This document shows, piece by piece, positions 1-10,100 of a DNA stretch of 64,000 nt. The notes beneath the pieces are model-generated. The model did not search any database and was not told the origin of the DNA. It was given only the letters and a program-made list of their open reading frames with translations. Source of the DNA: Fimbriosthenelais zetlandica (taxonomy: Eukaryota). Position 1 is the first letter of the stretch; each line of letters opens with the position of its first letter. The stretch spans positions 26,350,001 to 26,414,000 of the forward strand of contig OZ365114.1 in assembly GCA_977030845.1 (NCBI GenBank), read 5' to 3'. Both the position numbers and the translations under genes were made by a program.

Positions 1-118
1 TTCAGGCAGTTCCAGCCTGATTTCGTGCAGTGGAAACATTTTCTGCGTTACCGCATATTCCCAAACCTTGTTTTAGGACTTAGATTGTTTTATTACTGAA
101 TGCATGACAATGAATAGA

Positions 119-240
119 GGACACCACGTTGGTGTAAAGGTGAGAATATCTGCCCCGTGTGTGGAAGGTCACTGGTTCAAAATCTGCGGGTCAAACCAAA
201 GACTAAATAAAGTGGTACTGGTAGCTACCTCACATGAGGA
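119..240 (+). mobile_element. Degenerate tRNA-derived SINE fragment (5' head plus central conserved-domain-like segment)
   Basis: A-box-like TGGTGTAAAGG at 130-140 and B-box-like GGTTCAAAATC at 174-184 have tRNA-like spacing. They are followed by GGGTCAAACCAAAGACT...GTGGTACTGGTAGCTACCTC (188-231), which resembles my recollection of the MetaSINE-type central domain. No tRNA cloverleaf is recoverable. Confidence 0.6.
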
Positions 241-1517
241 AACTATGCAATTGGATCGCTTAAAATTGGGCTAATTCAAGCTCATAAGTCATACCTGGGA
301 CAATTTCATGTTGTTTCTTCAAATTGGAACTAGAATTCTCAAATGGATCTGATCATCTGTGTCTAGGACCTTTGTTGCTGACTCAGCTTAAACTTTTATT
401 TTGGCGAAGTTGAGAGGAAAGAAGAGCCACAATTTCAATGTTCACCTATGTTGTATATACCGGCTATAGCCTGAGGGGCAAGGGGGTGTCCAGGGGTGAG
501 CTGGAAAATTTGGCAGGAACATTTTACAATTGGTTATGACCTTCGATTAGTTGGAAGCATTGCCTTGGGTGGAATGGCAGGAGGTCAAGTAGTATGGTTG
601 TACGAACTCTTAGTAAAACCATGGCCAACACTGTTAAAATAAGCAGTTTTCTTAAAATAAAATAGCCAGAAATTGCTCAGGTACAATTTAAATGTAACAA
701 AATTAGCTAAATCTTTTTGATTGGTGGGGAATTTAGATGGATAAAATCGGTGTCTTGCTGATTCCAGTTGGAATAGGTTGCCCTCTTAAAGGGGCCTTTT
801 CCATCAATATTTACTCAGGGGTATTGCTATGATTGGGCCACACAAGTTGCCACACTCCACACTACAGATTTTCTGTTTTAATATGATAATCAAAGAACTT
901 TATCAACTCCCTTCTCCCCTAGTATTTATTGCTACATTTATCTCTTTATCATTTCAGTCATTTCCCAGAGCGGGCAAAGGCATTTGAATGGATAGAAAAA
1001 CCTTTAGATTTGGCCATGGTCCAAGCTCCCAGTATACCCATTGAATTAGAATGGAAAATAGAGCAGAAATTGTTAGATTACCCATGTACATTCCCCGAGT
1101 GAAAGGAATTGGATATATTGCACCCTAAATACACTGCTAAATGTGTTAGCCTATATCGTTTAGCTTGGATTAAGCGTTGTTCAGTTCAGGTGAACATTTG
1201 GCTGGGATAGCGCACACGCTACTCTAGCCTCAGGCAAGTGGTATTTAACATCAAGCTTGCTTAGGCTTGTTCTGACGTCATGCATCTGACCGTGTGGAAA
1301 GACGTCTGTACATCTGTCCACTGAGGCCAGCAAACAAAGAGACGAGAACAGTATGTTTCCTGGAACGTAAAGCCAAACAACCTTAAAATAATGCGTAGTT
1401 TTGAGTCTGGGTATCAAAATATCATAACAAGAAACAGAGCATAATGTTGTGACGATGGGGAAACCCCTGTATGAGCTCTATGTTCTGCTATTCTCAAAAG
1501 GCAGCAATGGCTCTTGT

Positions 1518-1559
1518 ACATGCCTCTCACCATGGACAACATGCCTCTCACCCTGAACA
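1518..1559. repeat. 21-bp tandem duplication
   Basis: ACATGCCTCTCACCATGGACA followed by ACATGCCTCTCACCCTGAACA (19/21 identical). Confidence 0.85.
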
Positions 1560-2100
1560 GTATATGGATTGTTTAACATAATAAATGATGCATATTGAAC
1601 ACATGAATCATCAGATTATATCTGTTGTATATTAGATACCTGATTCCTATCACCATGTCTGTTGCTTATTACTAGAAACCTGAATCATCAGATTCCTTAG
1701 CTTGATTCAGCGTACATTTCTTAGAAGCGAAGAAGAGAAACGCATCTTGGATTTCTTTGACCTGATTTGAGGTGGAAATGTGAGGTCTCGGATGAAAGGA
1801 AAGCCTGGGCTGGTGGGATAGAGAGAACTCATCATTCTCCCTCTCTTTCTCCTCTCTATCCACTTCTCTCTCCTCACTCTCGCACTACCCTCACATCACT
1901 ACACATACCACTACCGTACTGTCAGTGTAAAAATGACACTGACACTCAATCAGTTACAACAGTGGCAATAGCAAGAAGTGTCACATTCAATATCCACGCT
2001 TTTCCTTAAACTTTCAGCGTACAACTGACGTCTTTGTCCCAAAAGATGACGTGGATTTTGGACGTTCTTTTTTGGGTAATGTCTCGGGGTATTTTAAATG

Positions 2101-2162
2101 TGTGAGAAGAGTTAAGTGGATGGAGTGTGCATGTGGTATGGTGGAGATTTCACACGTGGGAA
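2101..2162. promoter_or_regulatory. Cluster of CSL/Su(H)-type motifs
   Basis: TGTGAGAA at 2101-2108, TTCACACG at 2149-2156 (CGTGTGAA on minus) and CGTGGGAA at 2155-2162. Motif match only. Confidence 0.35.
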
Positions 2163-5100
2163 CATTCATCATCTACTTCATTTCAACCGTCATGTTACAG
2201 CCCTGATTCACTAAAAATGAAGTTAACTATGTTTGCCGTGTACAACAGGATGCAGAAAATAAACAAGACACCTTTGGTCGGGCAAAGGTGGTTGGGGGTT
2301 CCAAAGTACAAGTATACCATTGATTCAAATTATTGTAACAGTGACCCAAAATTGGCCAATTCGAACAATGCATATTTGAATGGAAATTCATGACTTGTTT
2401 GACACTGTGAGTTGAAATGCAGATAGTGTACTGCTATAGAGATAGATAGAAGTATCAAACTGTAAGAGAAGAATGTTTCAGGGAAAGTCATATAAAAAAT
2501 GGACATGTACTATTTAGAACTGTATGTCACGTATAGTGCATGTATGAGATACTTGTAAGTGTAATAGTTACATGTATGAGTCGAGATATGGAGGGAATGT
2601 TCTGTTAAAACATACAAGAAGAAACTATGAGCTAACGCCCCATTACCGAGGCGGGGCATATAGCACCTCTGTTATTCTTGGTTAGCTACAGTTTCTCCTT
2701 TCTAGCTCACTGCTCTTCCAGAAGGCTAAAGGCCAGTGGAAAGGACCTGTGTATTTTGGCTTCGGCTTGCTTGCCTTGGACATCTCCTCTTCACCCCCTT
2801 CAGCTACCCTGTCCCTAACTCTAACCACCTCATGCTTGTTCTGAGGTATAGAGAATGCACATGAAGTAAAACATGGATCTGATCTGATGAACTACACTCC
2901 AGGCGTTAGTTTAGCTTCAAACGATCCATATTAGCTTTGATGTCCGAGCTTCATATTCACATCTCCCAAAAGTGCAAGCGTGAAAATGTTCTATCCTTGA
3001 TGTAACATTGCGTAATATAGAAAAACATTCCCACTACATACATGTACATGTAACCATTGCATTTGGATCTTACATAAATACATTCCCAGAACCTACATTA
3101 GTGTAGTCAAGTATTATCCCAGAAACATCTCTGTCGAATTGATGACCTAGGAACATTATGATTTCCGTCCATGGAAAAGTTAAGAATTGCATATCAGGAA
3201 ATGTCTCCTATTAGATTTATTTCTTTCATTAAGGACATTTTCCGCACACCATACCACCAGTCGGCGTTTTTATTTCAGATACAAGCAGCACACTCATATA
3301 GGTGGCCTACCAATAACATGAACTTTACGGCTTCTCTTTTTAGATTAGTATTATTTACAAGGTAAATAATGGAATCATGTTAACTAGTACAAGTATGTAC
3401 ATAAGCCATCAAGTGCATCTCACGTTAAAAACAGAGAAAACAGAGTTGGAGAGCACTCTTTAAGACAGGAGGTGAAGCTGTTGGTATCTATGACAGGTTT
3501 ATGAGGTGCTCGAGAGCTGCTCGTGAAGCTAAGTGCTGTAGAGGAGGTAATAGCTCTAGTATCAGTGTACTCTGAACCACTGTTTACACCACCCATCAAG
3601 ATAACCCAGCCAGGTCGTGCATGCTAGGCCACCAAGAAAAAATTATAGGTTCTCATGAAAAAACGAACACTTTCAAATTGGTCTGTTGGGTGGCGGAGAA
3701 AAAAAACACATTCACATGCAGTATCTTGAGTGGTGTGCATGCAAAACACAAGGCTGGGATTGTTTTTGTTGGCCTTAGTTGGAAACTGTGTGCCCTGACC
3801 GTACCAGTATCAGGCTCACACATTGGCTCCTACATATATGCCACCCACATGCATTGGCTACTGCTCACAAAGCAAGCATATGATCCAAGTTAAAGGCCAA
3901 AACTATTACTATATTCCGACATATTTTTGGCATATTCTCTCACTTCATTTCGATCATAATCGAAGATTATTTTGAGGAATCCCCACAAAAAATCAATCAG
4001 AAAGATTTTGTCTTTGGATATTAGAATGACACATTTCAGGGAGCAGTTTCCTTGTGGAGGTGCATGGTCCAGTGTATGCCAACACCAGGCGAGAAGCCAT
4101 CTTCCCATAGCCTTCAGATACCCGCCATAAACTGACGGATATGTGTTGAAATGGTCATAAAAATGTGAGCAAGGTCTCCATGTCAAACAGCGATACAATT
4201 GACTTCCCATACAAATAACCTACTATTGGCCTCCTAAACCTTTATAACAGTTGTTACACATTATAGTTTGATGCCAATGTGTGGAATCAAATATCAGACC
4301 CGTTGGTATCAAACACTTGTTTATCGCATTACTTGCAGTTGTTGGTGTGGAAAAAAGAAACAACGTGTGTGACAATCCACAGGCGGTTTCAACCTGTTTT
4401 TGTGCAGTGAGAACGCCTTCACTTTACCATTGGTATTTTCAACATGTGTTTTAGGAGTTGGATAAAAGTGTGTTTTTGACTACCAGCTGAAAGAAGGGAA
4501 ATGTTTCGTGTAGGCCACTAGTTCTCAGGCTATAGGGTGAAGTTGCTCACATGCTGAGTTTATTTTCCTAACATTTCAATCCACAATAAAAACAATCAGC
4601 GGGGAATTTCCAGAACCTTTTTTCCGGGTAAACGACATACTTAAAAATATCAACAGCCTATGGTACAATCTACACAATCTAGAACATTTCAAAATGCACT
4701 TGCATTTCACCTGAAGTTCCATACAAGCCTTTCACGTGTTAATTTTTTATAAGTCCATTAATGACTAACGATTTCCATGTAACAAAGTGCATTGTTAAAA
4801 CATAATACTCTGTTATATGTTCAAAATATTCGCTGTAGTGCCTGGTTGGGATGTTATGTACTCGCTTCTCGGTTTCCTAGTTTGAGCCATTGTCTGGATT
4901 TGATCCTCGTATGGCACTTATCTCAGTAGAAGGCATCGTTCAGGGTCAGCAGAGGGAACTTTCTCTTGTGGATCTCCAGCTAGAAGCTATTCTGCCCACT
5001 GCTCCCCCTCATCACCAAATCAACATCTCTCTCACTGCCCTCACTTATACATTCCCAGTGCTCCCCTCCAGCTTTCATACCTAATCCCATCCTACCTGAG

Positions 5101-6755
5101 CTTCCCCCCATAAATCTCCTCCTCCCCACCTCCCTCACCCCTGCATACAAATGCTGAGCACCCCTCACCTTGGGACCAGCCATTCACACTGCCTTTCTAT
5201 CCCTGCGGAGTTTTCCCCCTGGGAAACACATAGGCGACCAGAGAAGATTTCGGCCCATGAGCGCTCTCCTTTCCAGCTTCTTTCTTCCAGAGAACATGAA
5301 GAAGCAGATCCTCATTATGGGGATCGATTACACAATTGTTAAGAGGCTGCACAATTAGAGCACATGGACGGACAGAGCCTCACAGATTGAGTAAGCGATA
5401 GGCAAATGGAATTATGCGATTCAATGCCCAAGGTATTACGCCTTGTGGGGCAACACAAAGTGCTGGAGGCTGAGGCTGGACCGAGTCCTGTCCCATGTGG
5501 GTCCACTCCCAGGGGTATCAGGGGCCAGAATCTTTTATGGCTGCTCCTTTAGATCTCCTGCTATAAAGGAGAAAGGGACTTGATCATTTTACAGGCCATT
5601 TTCCTGCTTTGAGAACTGTGGGTGGTGTAGATGGGTGGGAAAGGATGGGAGGGTCAGAGATCCAGCTTCCTCTAAGGATGGTCCCATAGCATCTCAGCAC
5701 CCACAAAGAGAGGTATGGAAGGAGGGGGGATTCCAAACGCTTGGTAAAGAAGATTTGGGAGTGAAGATAATAGAGTCTACCCTGAAATTCAATGTTGAAA
5801 CTATAAAGGAAAGGGTTGAGTATGATGACTATATTTTTAAGCTAGAGTCCTAAAGTTCTGGGTTGCGCATCCAATAGAGATAATATATGTGGATTAAGCC
5901 TTTTCAGAGATATTTTTTTTAAAAATCTTGTATAACTGGTATATTTTGAAAGAGAAGGTCATGGACACTCCCCACTTGCTTTCCCGCAGGAAACCCCAGC
6001 AGCATGTATGGTCTACATCTTGCTCCTTGCCTACCAGGCTTCTCCCCGGTTTATCAATTACATCCCATCTCCAATGGTTGTAATTAGAAACGGTGATTCC
6101 TGAAGCAATTGGCGCCAAGGGAAGCTTGTAACTGCATTGATCTAGCTTCGTTTAAATGAAAAGAATCACTGAAAGTACTCTCAATCTCCCTGCTCATTAT
6201 AGACTTAATACTATACAACCTAGACCCAGCTTTCAATTGTTTCGTCCGTAGATATTTAAACCACATTATAATGAATTGAATGATACCCATCATAGATAGC
6301 ATAACATATCTTGTTACAAGAAAAATGTTAATACTATGTCATTACATTTGTTATATTCTTATTCAAAAATCCATACCAATTAGTTAATTATATCCCTGAC
6401 TTTACCAGTGGATATTAGATTGATTTTGCTAATATCACTTAGTCTTTCAGAGTTGACATCAGTGATAAGGTAGGCCCAGAGAAGGACATGGCCAGCCTTT
6501 ATGGCGTGCGGTAGAGATTAGGTGCTATTCCAGACCATTAATTGATAACCCAACCGAGCATTGAATGCGAGATAATGGCTGCCATACATCAATATTAAAA
6601 TGATATGATACCTTCCTCTTAGTCCTCCCTCCCTCTTCCCTCCCTGCTCTATAAGAAGGTAATCAGTACCAAGCTGGAATGGCCAGCCTTTTATAATATT
6701 ACCCGGTGATTAACTACCGTCTTATTCTTGATGTAAGAGTTGTCATGGGCTGTTA

Positions 6756-7125
6756 AAAATAGATCTAATCACCTCTGATCAGATAATATTATGAGCTTTG
6801 ACCTAAATGTTTCATCAGATATTGCTGATTCTATTATGAAACATGACCTTATTATGTACATACAGATGTCTGATGAGATAAACAGAATGGGGGGAAGAAG
6901 GCAAAGGCAAAGGACAGAAGCAGAAGTGTCCATGATGAGCAGTTCATAACGGCTCTAATCACTCCTGAGCAGATGTGAGCAGGTCGTGACCTAGTAGCCA
7001 GAAGGCCAGGATCCAAGATGAAGAGAAAGGGGAAGGCATGAAGGACAATAGTGGCAGGTGTAAGGGTTTTCATGAGGTGCTCAAAATAGATCTAATCATC
7101 TCTGAGCAGATATGAGCAGCTCGTG
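6756..7125 (+). repeat. Three diverged dispersed copies of a 30-40 bp unit (TCTAATCA...CTGAGCAGAT)
   Basis: 6756-6785 and 7083-7112 match at 28/30. A third copy at 6953-6993 shares TCTAATCA-n3-CTGAGCAGAT-n-TGAGCAG-n-TCGTG with the 7083 copy. Confidence 0.75.
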
Positions 7126-10100
7126 TTTGTTATGAAATAGGCTATAAATAGACAGCGGGCACGCACACATAAATAAACCCCTAGGGCAAAATATCAATTT
7201 ACTGAACATGTATACACACAAAGTATGATACAAATGATATACTAAGATGTAAATTCCAGAAACACTTATGCTGAGATGTTTCATTTTAGTAAATCCGTCA
7301 TACACAGATATTCAGGAGTAACCTTGCACTCTGTAACATTGCATGTTTGCAACTCGTTGGTAATCTGTGCCAACGCTAACCCATCCTGGTCCCCCTGCAC
7401 TCGTCCTAGACGCTAAGATCGGCCTGCCAATTGCTCATCGGCAATTGAGCCGACAACGGCTCAGTAGAGATTAAATGATTAATATCAGACAAAGATTGAT
7501 TGACATGTTAGTTTGATGGGTTATACTCTATGTTTTGTATTGATATGACAGTGATGTAAATGCTCTGCCTGACAGTACTAAGTCTCAGGAGGCGATATGT
7601 CACAGAACATCGTCACCAATCTTCCCATTACTCTTCCTGTCATTTCAACAGGGAAATATTACACATGAAAGGAAGTAAAGCTCTGTGCTAATAGAGCCTA
7701 TGAATATTAAGCAGTTCTTGATGTAATCTTGAATATTAATGAGGGACATTCAGGAGGCAGATGTAGGTTGGGGTGGGGATGGATGTGAATGGGAAGATTG
7801 GTAGAGGCACCTGCTTGTCTTTTCTTACTCTTGTACCGAAGGGAGATATCAGTGAGGACTGATTGGATAACAGAGCCTACCATCCCATTATACCAAGCAT
7901 TCATAAATTCTAGGCAATTGATATGTAAAACAGCATCATGGGGGAGCTGGTAGTGAGGTGTGGATTTGCATCTCACTTGATTGATGTTCAGCATGGCCTT
8001 CACAAACACAACAAAAGACTGTTGGAGAAGAGGGAACAAATTTAGGTCAAAGTGGAGATTAGAGTGTCTCAAAATGGAAGTAGAGGAAAAGAAAGTGGAA
8101 TATTTTGCTGAATATGTGCATGGCATAGATTCTAAATAGGTCTTAAAGGAAGTAGGTCATAGGTTTGAAAAAAAACTATCTTGTATTTCATAAATATTCA
8201 TGGCTTTACATCAAAGCTTAAGTAACATATTTCTCATATTGATTCAGCAGATTTAACTTGACACTGACAACATAATTTCCCTGAATTACTTCCTTGCATG
8301 ACAAAATCAGGAGGCATCCGGAAACCAATCCATACGCCTCTGTTTTCAGCCATCAGCACTACCAAATTTCAAAATGGCATGTAAAACTGAAGTTTTCGCA
8401 GAATATTTTTAGGTCCCCTCAACCAACCATGAATACAATCGTAAATTGGATTGCAATAACAAAACTGAGGAGTTGATGGAGGTATTCTTCTTGACAACAA
8501 AATGCTTTTTCTTTATAGCTCAGCTGCGACACTGGAAATATTATTTTCGGGGGTTACGTGTAAAAACAAGTGATAATGTGGATTAAACGTAGTGGGACGG
8601 GGGTGGGAGGAGAAAGGATGGGGGAAGGGGAAGGTTTGTTTGCAGTATGCCTCGGGCTTGTGGAAGCCAATGTGGTCCAATTGGCTGTGACCATTAGGAT
8701 CCATACCTGAGGCAGATCCATCATCGCCCAGCCTGGAAATGTGTAGGGGATGTGTGTAGAGGGTGTGGGCAAGAGGAAGGGGGTGTGGAATGAGGTAATG
8801 AAAAGGCAGGTAGGGGGAAATAAGGGAGGGATGGAGGGATGGGAGGTGGAGGCTGGGAGACCTGATGAGACACTCTCGTGTCACATTTTGTATAGAAATG
8901 TGGAGTAGAAAATCTCTTTTGAAGTTAGTGAATTATACGAATGAGATAGAAGGCTGAGGTGACGAAGAGTGAATAATAAAAGGCCAATCTCTAATGGAAC
9001 AACAGATATTTCCAGATGAAGCCTAAAATGCTTGAATATAAGTGGGCATGAAAACCAGTGGAAGCTGGAAAAATTGTATACAGAAATCCGCTGGAAGTAT
9101 CAGGTGAAGAAAGCTGATAAGAAAATTTAATGACTGAATGAGAAAGAAATGAAAATGAAGAGTAACATGAGATTAATCGCTTCTTCAGTTCAAAATGTCT
9201 TCAATACTTCATGATAGTACTACTAAACATGCACAGACCCCCCTTCCTCCAGCCTCCCCTGGTATCACAGTGAGAGAGAATACTCCTAGAGGAGTAGGTG
9301 GAGAAGGAGAGAGGAAGGAAGGAGGAGCAGTGCTGATAAGGCCCCCAAGGCCTCCACAGCCTCCTCCGGGCTTATAGTCACTGGTCAAAATTGATATAAA
9401 TGGTGCAAGATGAAGCACAATAGCTTCAGCCAGAGACACCAGTTTTTACTGCTAATGTAGCTAATACATGACTCCTTCACACATAGCTGATATTTCTAAC
9501 AGCTGCTAGAACCAGCTGCTATTGGATTTAAACACTGACGATCGATCATCTTATCTCTTACCAAGAACAAAGTATATATGTCTCTCATTCATATCCTATT
9601 CCAAGTAAATCATACAATCTATTTTTGCCATCTCCTCTGTATTTTTAAATATGTGGGTAGATTTGTACAGGTCTTTGGCATGAAACGTTGCATTAAGCAT
9701 TGCATTAGTAAGTAAAGGATTATGTCCTGTAGACTTCTCCCTTTTCTCCTTCTAGTTGCTCATGCACACCACTGAGAAGGCCTCAATCTAAAGTACAATC
9801 AAAGTTGGAAAAAATATTTGATTAATATTCCTTCTAATAAAAATTGTTTTTCAAATGAAAGCAGGCATGGGCGAAGTCATGGATTGAAGAATGCATTGCA
9901 TGACACAATTGAGTGTGAGAAGACCAATAGAAATCCAACTCAAGAGAAAGGGGGAAATTACTGTCATTAATCACAGAGGTAAATGGTATCAATCATCGTG
10001 TGTTATTGATACTGTAATAATGGAATGAACGCGGTATCTCACCAAGTACAAGTACAAGTCCCGCTATGTTTAAACACCCCAACCATACACACGGAATAAA

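Noticed and set aside
470-520. GGGGGTGTCCAGGGG...GGAAAATTT segment, and similar GC-rich patches at about 14085-14135, 19125-19175 and 55820-55885, as remnants of common invertebrate MITE-like repeats
   Set aside because: Resemblance is from memory only, the patches are short and degenerate, and I could not find TIR pairs or TSDs. A repeat-library search is needed.
5740-5850. Peptide KEDLGVKIIESTLKF resembling the KDLGV..D..L.F motif of CR1/L2 LINE reverse transcriptases
   Set aside because: The spacing is off by one residue, the flanking residues do not follow the LINE pattern, and no other RT motifs are nearby.
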